Below, piece after piece: positions 28,726 through 40,566 of a DNA stretch of 45,331 bases (position 1 is its first letter; every line of letters starts with the position of its first letter). The stretch spans positions 1-45,331 of the forward strand of contig JAVECO010000180.1 of NCBI GenBank assembly GCA_051942205.1. The letters run 5' to 3'. Made by a program: the position numbers and the translations under genes. The stretch is from Coniocarpon cinnabarinum. Taxonomy: Eukaryota. The notes under the pieces were generated by a model. The model worked only from the letters and a program-made list of their open reading frames with translations. It made no database searches and was not told the DNA's origin.

Positions 28726-30150
28726 TATAGGCTACACCTCCCATTCCATTCCAGGTGAATAGCAAACATCCCCTAAGTTGAAGGATACTACAGCTCAAGG
28801 CCCAAAACAACAAGGCCCAAGACAACTTTACTTCTATACTCTTTAACTTTATTAATTGACGCGGGCGAAGATGCAGAAAACAGAAACAGGCTGGAATGTA
28901 AAGTAGGTGTTGTTGACGATGACGGGGAGCGAAATGAGATTGATACGACGTAGATCAAGGAAGATAAAGATAGGAAGCCTTGCAAGAGGATAAGACAAAG
29001 AGACAAAAAACGTAAAGGCGATATAGTGGCGCAGGGTAGAAGTAAGCAAGCAGGCAAGCAAGCAAGCAAGCATAAATACAGCACGATCGACTTCACGACG
29101 AACGTCCGCACCCGTAAGAGCAGAGTCCCTCTCCCAAAAAGGGCCAGGAGGTTAGAGCAGCTCGTCTATAAGGCAGATTCTTTGGAATAGTAAGTTTCAT
29201 TCAGGCACACGGCCACAAGGAACGATCTATACTACACAGTTCACCACCAGCGCAGTGATGCTTCTCAACAAGCAGCTCTGAGAAGCCGTGTTGATGGGAA
29301 CGGAAAAAAAAGGGAAGAATCCAACGCCCGCTGTCGAATGCGTCAAATCAGTTCTATATTTGGAGAGGGGCAGTCCGTGGGTATCGTGGGATGTGTCGTT
29401 TTTTATTCGTGCAGTGCGCTGGTAGCCCTGAAGGGGGCTTTTTGATGGGGTTGATGGTTGACAACGTTGTCGTTGTATTGTGCAAGTGATCTTTCACCAG
29501 AATCGACAGGGCCAACGGTCGATTGGCGGTAGGACACCAGTTCAAGACACTGCTCAGGTTGTTGCATTGCGCATTGGACAGTGGCCCTGGAAGCAGCCAG
29601 GCAGCAAACGCAGAACAGGTCAGTCATGTCCAAAGCCAGTGTATGTAGAGGGCAGAGCATCGGCCAAGGTAGTGCGTCTCGACGCTCTCGTGGCCGTCGA
29701 GAGTAAGCTAAAGTTGGTCTGGCGACTCTGAGGCGAAATCACTCGCGAGGTTCGCCGTCGTCGGACATTCGGCTGATTCGACCAAGGGTCGACAAGCTGT
29801 AATTCTGGCAAGGGATTAGCCTGGGCTTGGTTTGCCTCCTCGGCAGCTCGTTGCCTGTGCGCGTCCAGCAAGTGCCTTTCTGCACGCTCAGCCTCTTCCA
29901 TTTCAGCGATTTGCCGCAACCGCCGAGTATCTTCTTGTTCGTCAAGATGAGATTGCGTGCCCTACACGCTAGGCATGCGCAGATACCTTTGCAGCAGGCC
30001 CGGCGCTGTTGATTGTCTCGTCCGTTCTCTCGGACCTGCTTCCAGATCCTCTTCTCTCTCCCCTCTGCCGCCCCGCGCGTCCAGCAATGGTGACCTCGAT
30101 CGTGTCGACATCACGGGATTCTGGACTTCCATCTCATAGGCGCCAGGGTC

Positions 30151-33100
30151 CTACATGGACGCCCCGAAATCTTGCCTGGACGTCTGAGCGCGAGGCACGT
30201 GGGTTGTCTGTTGGCCAGAAATGGCGCTCTCATTGGTGTCCATGCGCATCGCTGCTGGGCTGATCAGACCGCTCCTGGGATCAATTCGAGTCGCGGGGGT
30301 AGTTCGCTCTTCTGGAATACCAGCCATGCCTTCTTCCATGCGGTTGCCCTCGTGACTGACATTGCGTCCGAAGAAATTGTTCCGATGAATGCTTGTGCTT
30401 GTGCGTTTGGCAGGTTCGGTACCACGATGCATCAAATGGCCAGGACGCATACGATCCGAGATTGAAGAAGATCGTCCTTGGACAACAGAAGTCGAGCGAT
30501 CTCGAGTTTGATGGTTGGAGGCACGAGGACTGGCACCTTGAACGTTGACAGCGAAGCGAGCAGCACGAGACTGACTTCGCTCACGGTCGTCGTGCACATC
30601 ACCAAGCATGTCACTGGCGTCGAAGTCCTTGTTTGTCAAACCAAGCTCTACGCGCCTATTCCTGGACGCAACTGTCTCACCACGAGGGCGACCACCTCCG
30701 GGATAAGCTGGGAAACCCTCATGCCCACTGGCGGGCGTCGCATTGGGAGGGAACTGGCGAGCCTGGTCGTAATGCTCCGCTGCGTACGGGTCATCGGGAT
30801 GACCGTGATGTCCCGCTCGGGATGGTTCAAAAGGCATGTGTTGCATGTAGACGGGGAACTGCTCCCGCATGCCAGGGTACCGCATACGAGGACCCTCGAT
30901 CTTCAGCTCTTGCATGGCTCGCATCAACTGTAGTATAAACTTGTTGCGACGTTGGAGTCTAACCAGTTCGTTCTGCCAGTTGCTCTTGAAGAAGAAGATG
31001 AGGTTGAAGGTGACTGAATGGACTTCATCAATCGACCGAAGCTCTGTGAGAATGTTGGATTGATACTCGCGCTTTTCCTCCCTAACGAAGCCGACCATCT
31101 TCTCTTTAAGGCCAAGCAGCTGCTCCTCAGAGGTTCCATATTTCAGAATCAACGGAATGGCTTCTGCGAGACCACCAGAACGTCGCATGTTGAGGATGAA
31201 CAAGGTGTTGAGATAGCTGTTGGGTGCTTGAACCACATGACCTTCGAGCTTCTTGAATTCTGTGTAGAGCAATGAAATCTCCTTCACGAAGTAGTCGTCG
31301 CCAGTGAGGGTAGTGCCTGTGTTTCCGTAAATCGTCACACGGTCACCAACGTCGAATGGATGCTTGACAAAGACAAAGATGCACGACTGGAGGAACTCCT
31401 GAGCCGTGGCAGAGAACAACCATGACAGAGCGAGAACGGCACTGCCCGCAGACGTCAAGATGCCGGCAGCTGACGTTGACAGAAGTGAGATCAAGACAAG
31501 GACGAAGATGACAAAGACGATAAACATGAAGACGTCGTCCAATTTGCTGACCACAGAGTCCAAATCTTTCAAAGAAGCGGTGATAGACTTTCGCTCGCGC
31601 CCAATCTCGACGCAAACTGCTTCGAGTTCTTCCATGGAGATGTCGTTGTTCATGTCCTTGTCGAACATGGAAAATGCCGCGTTGGTCTCTTCTTCGTTAT
31701 CAAAAGCAGCCTTCAGATCCTCGGACTCAATGACTTCATATCCAGGCTTTGCAAACGTTCGGTACAGGCGTCGAGCGAGCACCTGACTTCCACCCGGAGA
31801 TTGTAACAGGCTGAGAATGACTTGATGAGGATGGCCACTCTGTTTGACGGCTTTACCAGTGAAATCGCCTGCGATCTTACCCGCTGCGTCACCGAACTTG
31901 TTGAAAGCTTCTTTGGTGGTCTTCTGCGCTTTCTCCACGTATTGACCTGGCGTGATGGCTCCAGATCCAGTGCCGCTTCCAGCGGCTTCAGCTGCTTGTT
32001 CAAACTCAGAGTCTGGAGCGGCGATCTGGTTCTTGGAGTACTGATACAACTTGGTCAGACTGGAGATCTGAAATTTGTTGATTTCAATTCGGTCAGAGTA
32101 TGTCCTCAAGTGAAAGCTGATGGCGATCAATTGAATGATTATCTTTTCAGCAAAATTGAGCACGGCCACGACGAGGAATGATACCAGCACCTTGTTCATG
32201 GGTTCTGTCCAGTGGAGATCAGCATTTGGGTTAACTTTGTGGGTCCTCATGACGGGCAGGAACGAAATCTCCACGCCAAGTTGCCAGAAGAAGATGGTTG
32301 CTGCAATCTCCAGCTGCTTGCACATGTCACGCCACTTTTTATTGTTGTTGGTAAACAAGCTTGCAATGAGACCGATCGGCCATGGCAGGCATTTAGCCAA
32401 AAGCTTTGATACGCGTCAGCATACTGAGCAACATGCAATCGATGAATTTCCGTGATAACATACCCGTCCCGCCCAGAGAGTCAGCCAGACGATCATCAGC
32501 CAAATACAGAACCAAGTCATCTGCACGCCGCCGATAGATGCTTTTTGCTTGAAGGAGCCATCAGGACGTCTTTGAGTCCCATTGGCGGCTGGAAGGAGGA
32601 ATCCAATGAGAATGGGAATGAGGATGATGGCGACCAGTGGAGTGATGTACGTGACAGTCCGCACCAGCCAATTCGAATTGTGTATCTTCTTGAAGAACTT
32701 GGCAATCTTCGTCTCCGGGTGTGAAGGTGGCGAGTAGACCTGTGTTCGCTCATGCAGGGGGTTGGTGGCGGCATCGAATTCATCCACGGGCTCTTCGTGC
32801 CGCGTGCGTGATCGGCCAACTGAGGATCTGGCCTTTGACGTGCCCCGTTCTCCATCTGTGTAGTTGGAGTTCAGGTCAGCGGAGACCTGTCGTTCCACGG
32901 ACAGCATGTGCAGGTCATCGTCCAGTCGGTGAGCCTGTTCTCGATTGGGAGATGCGACTTGGGATAAGTCATCCTCCATCTCTCGGTCGGTTTGCGTGAC
33001 CTTTAAAGGGGACAGAAAAGGTTCACTGCTGTCTGGCGGGGGATTGCCGTGGGCGCTACGGTTTCGGTAGGGGGTGTTGCTTTCACCGACCACGGTGCCC

Positions 33101-33171
33101 TCTTCATCGGACGAGCGTTCCTGCTGAGCGGCGAAAAACTGCTCGTGCTTTTCGTCCATCGGGGTGGCCAT
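30151..33171 (-). CDS. MscS-like mechanosensitive channel with EF-hand (Msy1/Msy2 type), 2 exons, 986 aa to the first TAG
   Basis: Exon 1 is 33171-32464, intron 32463-32404 (GTATGT..GCTGAC..AAG), exon 2 is 32403-30151. Motifs: EKIIIQLIAISFH, EF-hand FDKDMNNDISMEE, LSWLFSATAQEFLQSCIFVFVKHPFDVGDRV, VQAPNSYLNTLFILNMRRS. Confidence 0.93.
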
Positions 33172-34771
33172 GCTTGTGGACGGTGAGGAAGCAAGGCTGT
33201 GGGAGTGCGTTGAGTGGGATAGCTTTCGGTGGAGAGGTCAAGCTACTGCCAGAGCAGCTCCAAAGCTACAGGGGATCGGGGCACTGGCGAGAAGTAGCAA
33301 CAGCAGCGACAAAGAGCATGAGCGAGCGTGGTGGGGAGTGCAACAGAACTGAGAGCAGAAGCTCAAGAATAACAGCAACGCTCAAACGACACGAAGAAAA
33401 GATGCTGGAGTGGTGAAGATGGAGGAGGAGAAGAGCGGTGGTGAAAGGCGAGGGCAACACGAGAAACAATTTGATACGCGCGAGTCAAGCCCCTGTGGAA
33501 TTTTGACGCTACGCCGGACAGACGCGACGAAGGAGAGGTCAGAGGTGTGTCTCAGTGGCCAATGCGCTCCCGCACCCTCCATTTGACGCACACCGATTGA
33601 TCGCCGTCCTCACCACTTTGGTTCTAGCGGCCCTCACCAGAAAATCATTTCAAAATTATATACACGATTGAGGCGCCATTGCCCCGCCACATGATCGATA
33701 ATCGCTCATCCAAGATGGATTGTCCAACAAACTCGCGAATTATACAGAACATCGACGGGTGGTTGAGAAGGTGTGTATGAGGGATATTCCAACACGAAGA
33801 AATCAGATAGAGGACGCCAGGGGAATCAGCCCGGACCGCCGCCTGCTTAGGGGAGACGCCGAGCAGCGACAAGCAAGTCCACATCTTGGCGCCTGTTTGG
33901 CGCTTGTGACCATCTCGTTTCATCACCTTATCCACTATCAAATCTCTCCCAAGCCCGACAGATAGAGAGAGCAACCACACAACTCCACACGCCCACCTCC
34001 AGTGCCTCGACCTGTTGCTCGCCCTCAACGACCAGGAAACGTGATATTGATGGCGGAGCAAAGTGTCTGGACATGATCGACGAGCAATCCTCGTTCCCAA
34101 CAAATACGCGCGCCGAGCCGCGCTACTCCCTCCTCTGTGCCTGTTCCTGAAACTCTGCGTGTGCGCCTCGTCTCCACTGCCAGCTGCAGCGTGTCCTTCT
34201 GATTGAGGCCCATTCCTCTGCAGACGGCGGACGTTGGCTGCTTTGAACTTAAAGCGGACTGCGAGACGCGCGGTTGTCTGTCTCCTTCAGGGGTCTTTCC
34301 AGAGCGTCGTCCTGGTTGCTCCACCAATCCGGTGTGTCCCTGTATACGCCGGAGACCTCATCCCAGCTCGGACTGCCCTCAGCTTGTGAACGGAGGGGTT
34401 CAGCCTGCAAGTTAGGGGCTGGATACGCTGTACGCCAAGGCCTTCAGTGCTGAATGAGGGCTTCTTCTCCGTCCTGTCGCGCCGGGACGCGTCGGCGGAC
34501 AGTCCACAACCCTTCCCCAAACTTGAAGTGGTAGTGGTAAATAACAAGCGAACGCCGACGACTCGTTCGAACGTCATGACATGTCAAATTCGACATTGAT
34601 TCCTCCGTCGCCCAAATGTAATGGCCTCACAGCTTTTGAGTAACAAGACGACTCTCAAATCAAATCGACTCACCGCCTCCGCAAAGCAAATCTGCGCCTC
34701 TCGCTATAAATGCTATCCATTATCGCATACCACATTACTCATTACTGCCAATGCCTTTGTGTACCTAGACT

Positions 34772-37186
34772 TCAACCGCCCCAGCTGCCTTTTCTCGCCG
34801 GCAGTCCCCACGCCCGGTGCGGATTGAGATACTTTGGATCGCGTCCGTCCTTGTTGGCAACGCCCATCTGACGTCCCCATTCCCGCACATATATTCTCAG
34901 CGCCCGCCAGCGAGCACACATTTCTTCTTTCACCGGCTCGACCGCGGCGTCTTCCATGTATGCATCCTCGCCGTCCTGCATGCCTTTCTCCGTCTTGTTC
35001 CTGGCAACCAAGGGAGTATGAACGTCGACCTCGTCCTCGCCCAGGCGTAGATATCCTCGTTGCTCGGCCAGCTTATCATCTTTGCGAAGCTCTGAAATGT
35101 CGACGCCCGTGACCTTGGAGAGTTCGGGATCGAACTTGGTTGCCAGGGCGGGGAAGCCCAATGACAGGTAATTGTACACCTGCGTCACAAAGCTGTCTGG
35201 AAACTCGTCTTCCAAGACAGCCTCTTGCTGCGTTTGACTGGTGCTGACGGTGATGTTGACACTCGCGTTGCTACCACCACTATGACTTGGCGGTGGCGTT
35301 GGCGGAGCGCCGCGTTTCCCAGCGACTGACGTTCCAGCAGCAGAACCTGAGCTTAGTGACCTGAAAGGGTCACGTTTTTCATATATGGGAGAGCGTTGGG
35401 GAGTCACAATGCCCACGGCCACACTACTGGGCTTGATATCGTTTGCAGTGCAGTGTCCTCCCCAGAGCCCAGGGGACTCAGCAGACTTGTTGCTGGTCTG
35501 GCTGTTAGCGCTGGCCTTGCGATCAACGCCGCCCCATAAGCCTTGAGCGTCTTCAGAGTTCGACAAGTAGCACATGCTGTGCTTGAGGAACTCGCTACCC
35601 TGTGTCACGTCAAAGCGTGCATGCTCAGGACTTGGACATCTGGGAAAGTCGATATCCCCACCGAGCATAGGCGGACTGGCTGCTTTGCGCATCTGCTTCA
35701 AGTCGGGATCACGCTGATACCCTCCAATGACATTGTTAGCCTTCGCGACTGGAGGATTTTTCGCTGGCAACGCATTCGCCATCCAAGCACCTTGTGCTGC
35801 CTCGGCGTCGAATTCAACATTGAATCCCCCAGTACGCCGTTGAGCAGGCTGAGTCTGGTCTTTCTGTCCAGCCTTGTCCACTTGCTCTTCGCCATGCCTT
35901 CGCATCGCTTGAAGAGCAGCATGCTCGTCCTCACTGTCTTGTCGATATCGTGTCGCCGTGGGTCGCAGGATCTCGGTCGGCTTCCGGCTCGGTTCAGGTG
36001 AGGAAGTAGTTGACCCTTCTGAGTCAACGTAATGCATGATGGGTTCGTGCGAATCAGGCGCGGGAAAGACTGCAGCTTCTTGCTCCCTCAACTGCTTCTC
36101 AGCAGCGCGAGCAGCTAACGCGAGTAAATATCCTGAAAAGCGCTCGTCGACAGACTCGCGCATTCGTGTAGCGTCTTTGTATCCCTCATCATTCGACGAG
36201 AGCGAGGATGAATGTGAGCGACGAGACCTGAGTGAGTCCGTCGATGATCCAGATGAGTTGATCGCTTCGAGTGAAGGGACTTTAAAGGAGTGCTGTCGAG
36301 TGTTGGCGCGAGTAGTATGATGAGGGTGCATAGAACCTTGTCGGTTAGGATTTGGCTTCAAGAGCTGTGCGAATGGCACCTCATGGGAAGTGTTGGCAGA
36401 ACTAGCACTTGGCGGCTGGAGCGAGTTCAGAGATGGTCTTGTAGACTTGAAAGACTCGCTGTGTGTGCCATTGGTCTTATCTTCAGCTCGAACAGCTGGT
36501 GAGGTGTCTCCTGATTTTCTCGAACGCGTGGCAGTCTCTATCATCTCAACCTTGAAACGTCTTTTGGGTCTCGGAGAGGGCGCTGCCTTGGAAGCCGCGG
36601 AAGTGTCCTGGGGAGAATGGTGCGTTTCCCTGTTACTTCGCGTCGACGTGGATATTGGCTCAACGGCAAATTTGCGTCGTGCAGGTGACGCTTTCGGGGA
36701 GTCATTGTGTGCATTGCCATTTGCTGCACCAGGCGACGTTACCGGCTTGTGAATCCGTGACGCGGTGCTCACAACTTCTGGTGCGAATCTTCTACGTCCA
36801 GGTGAAGGTTTTGGACTATGCGATACTTGATCTTCGTTGTCTTGCTTCCTTGGCCCGTCTTCGCTTGACCTTTTTGTCGTTTCTATCGGCTGCGCGTCGA
36901 ATTTGCGTCTCAAGGGGATTGGTTGTTCCATCTCTTTTAACACGCGAGAGTCCGGGAGAGATGGAAGCGTGTCATGCTCGTTTTCTTCGTCACTGCCACC
37001 GCTCGTATGTCTCTGTGAGGAGGCCTCTCCCTTGAAGCGCTTGATGTCGTGTGACATGATAGGCACAGTGTTTACAGGACCTGTTCGTACCGCCAATGAT
37101 TCTGCATTCGTTGCATCAGAACGTCGAGTTGAGGGTTCGCTGGGTTGAGTTGGATACTGTCGTTTGGCCGAAAGGGGAGATGGCAT
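34772..37186 (-). CDS. Fungal hypothetical protein, 804 aa, with four [RK][RK]F-x-x-[EQ] repeats and a folded C-terminal domain
   Basis: Long intronless ORF. Contains PPMLGGDIDFPRCPSPE, FPDSFVTQVYNYLSLGFPALATKFDPELSK, CARWRALRIYVREW and terminal RKGSWGG, a pattern I recall from uncharacterised Pezizomycotina proteins. Confidence 0.85.
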   Translation of the reverse strand: MPSPLSAKRQYPTQPSEPSTRRSDATNAESLAVRTGPVNTVPIMSHDIKRFKGEASSQRHTSGGSDEENEHDTLPSLPDSRVLKEMEQPIPLRRKFDAQPIETTKRSSEDGPRKQDNEDQVSHSPKPSPGRRRFAPEVVSTASRIHKPVTSPGAANGNAHNDSPKASPARRKFAVEPISTSTRSNRETHHSPQDTSAASKAAPSPRPKRRFKVEMIETATRSRKSGDTSPAVRAEDKTNGTHSESFKSTRPSLNSLQPPSASSANTSHEVPFAQLLKPNPNRQGSMHPHHTTRANTRQHSFKVPSLEAINSSGSSTDSLRSRRSHSSSLSSNDEGYKDATRMRESVDERFSGYLLALAARAAEKQLREQEAAVFPAPDSHEPIMHYVDSEGSTTSSPEPSRKPTEILRPTATRYRQDSEDEHAALQAMRRHGEEQVDKAGQKDQTQPAQRRTGGFNVEFDAEAAQGAWMANALPAKNPPVAKANNVIGGYQRDPDLKQMRKAASPPMLGGDIDFPRCPSPEHARFDVTQGSEFLKHSMCYLSNSEDAQGLWGGVDRKASANSQTSNKSAESPGLWGGHCTANDIKPSSVAVGIVTPQRSPIYEKRDPFRSLSSGSAAGTSVAGKRGAPPTPPPSHSGGSNASVNITVSTSQTQQEAVLEDEFPDSFVTQVYNYLSLGFPALATKFDPELSKVTGVDISELRKDDKLAEQRGYLRLGEDEVDVHTPLVARNKTEKGMQDGEDAYMEDAAVEPVKEEMCARWRALRIYVREWGRQMGVANKDGRDPKYLNPHRAWGLPARKGSWGG

Positions 37187-38483
37187 TGCAATGTCTCAAC
37201 AAGACTTGCGTGTGCTCTAGACAGGCGCCGAGTCCAAGAATGAGCCTTTGGCCTGGCGGTGATCACCCAGCTTTTGCAGACCCGGACGACCGGGTCCAAG
37301 TCCAAGCTAGCCTCGCAAAGTGCACGTGGCCAGAATCGAGCTCCTCCTAACGACTCCAGAGCGGAGCAGAGGCGAGAATCGAGGTAGTCGGAAAGGACCG
37401 GGAAACGCGGATATTGCGTTGAAGCTTCCAAGCTCGAGACGTGTGGGAGAAGGGCGCCAAGTCAGGATGTCGACGCCTTGATCAGCAAGGTCCGTCCAAA
37501 AAGAGCCCCGCTGAGCTCCGGTGGACAGCGAATGGGCAATGGGTATACTGAAGCTCTGTGGAAGCGGTGAAAGGCGGTGAAGGACAATGCCGAGGGGTTG
37601 GCAGAGCGAGCGTGTTGGGAAGAGGCCCGCTCGTGGAAGATCTCACGCACGCGCCAGCGCAGTGAGTGTGTGGAAGTATAACGAGGGGTTCGCGGTACTA
37701 GCAGTAGTCTGCAAGAGGAGGTAGTCGACAGACGACCCAAGGCCGTAGATCTGCAGACTGATTGCTGCAAGCTCATGTGGTGGTGGGCGATAGCTTTGGC
37801 TGACTCGATTCGGGATAGCGTCGCAAGCCGGCAATGAGCGACGAAAAGCGATGGTGATGGTGTCTGCGTCAAGGAGTGTGCGTGTATTCTTTCGCAAAGG
37901 AATGGCACGTCCGTCGGACTGGATCAATTGATGATATTCAGCAAGAAGAGAGAGAAAAAGGGCAGTGTATGCCTCGGAGAATAACCTAGTGTAAAGACAG
38001 CTGGCGATGCCTTGCGCCTCCTCGACAACTGGCCCTACATCATCGCCGCAATGAATTGGCCCTCAATGGGTCCCTCCTCCACCCGCATGTCGTGACATCA
38101 GCCCCTGCATCCATCTCCACGTAGACGAATTAAGGCTCGGCGCGGGCGTCACGCTCATCCAATCTTCCACGTGTCATCACTCTCCCACACGCCACGCCGA
38201 ATCCCATCCTCATCGATTGCATCTGCAACACAAGGGGCCGCAGAGTGCCTCCGCAACAGTCGATTTCGTACGCCTGGAGTTTCCAGTCGAAGGATTGACC
38301 AGGTAGTCCAATCGATCTTCAATCGTTCAGGCTCGTACTCTTAGCTTCGCCTCAGCTGTTCGGATGCTTGTGCCGTGACTTTCTGCCATTGCTGCCGACC
38401 CATGGCGTCCTAGACACCAGTAAAGAACCGGCCACGTATCATCTTGACTGACACAACATAGTCAGAAATGTCGAAAGCCGTCG

Positions 38484-39098
38484 TCAACCAAATTGTGACC
38501 CAACGCCAATAAGGGCAGTGCAGTGAGTCTCTTGGTTGTCTGACATTAACGAAGAAAGAGGTTCAGTTGATCTGCGACAGCCTCCGGACTCCGATGTGGA
38601 AGTGTCTGAACATTGCGGAGTCTCATGCGCGTCTTCACCAACGTTGAACTGTCTGGAACTTTCTTCATCGTCTGTAAGCGATGCTGCCACGCCCTCGTGC
38701 AACGACGGTCGAGTGGACGGCAATGTTCTGAGCAGCAGTGCACTGCCGGGATCTCTCTGCAATGGAGGAACAATGACCCACTCGCTGCCGGCGAATCCCT
38801 CGACTCTAGAAGCAGCCGGTGAGCGTGACACGATCGCGGATTGGTCTGTGTCTGATGCATCCATCATGCACAGGTTCTCCTTAGTCAACCTTTGAGAGGC
38901 GCCGGGGGCGCGTCTTTCCTCCAATGTAGAGGCCCCATCATGTGAGTTGCTCACCGAAAGGGGCTGTGAGAAATCGTCGTCGCTCAACCTGAAGTTTGAT
39001 TGTGTGTCATTGCTGTCACACCCAGTATGTCCCTCGGCCGCGTCACTGGGCTGGCTCCGCAGCATGTTGTGAGGAGAATGGTCACGTGGTGAGTCCAT
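38484..39098 (-). CDS. Possible lineage-specific disordered protein (~204 aa from the ATG at 39098)
   Basis: Open frame with S/D/E-rich, protein-like composition. No family recognised and the start is uncertain. Confidence 0.4.
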   Translation of the reverse strand: MDSPRDHSPHNMLRSQPSDAAEGHTGCDSNDTQSNFRLSDDDFSQPLSVSNSHDGASTLEERRAPGASQRLTKENLCMMDASDTDQSAIVSRSPAASRVEGFAGSEWVIVPPLQRDPGSALLLRTLPSTRPSLHEGVAASLTDDEESSRQFNVGEDAHETPQCSDTSTSESGGCRRSTEPLSSLMSDNQETHCTALIGVGSQFG

Positions 39099-40566
39099 AG
39101 ATACGTACCGAAGAAAGACAAGATTGGGGTGCAGACATCCCAGCACCTAAGGATCAACGAACACATTAAGTATCCACACATCAGGAGGGGCAAAGTCCTA
39201 GCCATCGCTGCGATCGGCAAGATACCTCCCAGCAACGAGGGCCAGGAAGTTTCCAGGAGACGAGATCAACGCACCATTCACCCCAGGTGGGAACACGCGA
39301 GGGTGACAGCATGGCTGCAGATTGGGGATTACAGTAGCAGCAGCAGGCAGCCACTAGAAGCAATGCGTGCTTGACGAGAAGACTTCGCCTAGATCTTGTC
39401 TTGCACAGATGTTGAGAGAGAGGTGTCGCGGGTGTCATGCCGTAAACGAGCGTGCTCATCCGGTGCTTGTGCATAAAGACGCGGCGAACCAGGATCTTGT
39501 CGGCTTTCGCAACGCGCGTGGCCCTTTGACAAGTGGGACAGACAAAGGCGGACGGTCCGGGATCGACGACACGTGTAGTGCGCGTGTAGATTGATGCGGA
39601 GCACATGGCCTGATGTGGCCCCATGCAGCACGACGATCATCTGTGGCGGCGCCTATTCATTGGTCTCCGTGCCCCAGCTTCGACCGTAACGGCCTAAGAG
39701 CAGGGCAAATCGCTGATACAGGAAGCTACTATGTGCTCGCTTGACTCAGGCTACCTGACCTGCTCCCTACCCGCTCAACGTCGGGTTGGGCTGCGCGGCC
39801 GCAGGCTTACTGATCGGAGTCGGCGAGTCATGAGGTGATGGACGGAAAGATGTGACGCCGCGACGATGCTCTACAGGAGGGTTTTGTGAAAACCGGGAGC
39901 ACGGCGGCCACTCCTGATCGTAGCGAGACGGCGGGCATTCCCAGCTTGCTCGGCTAGATTCAATACTCCTGAAACGGCGTGCTTACGGCAGCGTCCCCAC
40001 AGGACATCCTCTGGTGTAGATAGAAGCACGGCCTCGAGGTGCGTGCAGGCTGTCGGGCTGGGGACTCGCGGATGTTCCGAGAGCTTGGGCGCTGCAAGAA
40101 GGTGTGCATTAATGTTACATCCAGAACCAAAGACATAGAGATGGTTGCCGGCTCATCGAGAGATGTGACCAGGGCGGCGACATGGTGATGGGAAGGAACG
40201 CGTCAGGCCAGCACGTGTCGAGGAAAGGTGTTGACAGGCAGGGTAAGGGTCAACAAAAAGCAATCGTCTGCGTCCTCAGCTCACAGGTCACAGCTGACAC
40301 AGAGCAATGCTGCAGCACAGTCCATGCCCACCACCAATCGATAGGCATCGTCCCTGGAAGAAACAAATCCCTCTCGGCTCTTTTCGCCCGCCGCAATTGT
40401 ATTGCACACGCAGGAAGCCTGGCCCACGCGCGCTCCATCTTCAGCAGTCAGCTTGCGCAGGTGTCGGCATTGCAAATCCAAGTGCCTCTCAACCCGCAAG
40501 TCAGCAACTGCATCTCCAGATTGTCCTCTTGACGTTGTCACAGCACCTCCGCGCTCACTGACGCGA

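Noticed and set aside
28482..28825. Repeat-protein ORFs (SKRYA)n / (LDAYL)n
   Set aside because: By-products of a 15-bp tandem repeat, with non-ATG starts.
29620..30153. Genome-wide TAG reassignment as the explanation for the MscS extension
   Set aside because: SDH1 ends at TAG exactly at its conserved C-terminus, so TAG is a normal stop here.
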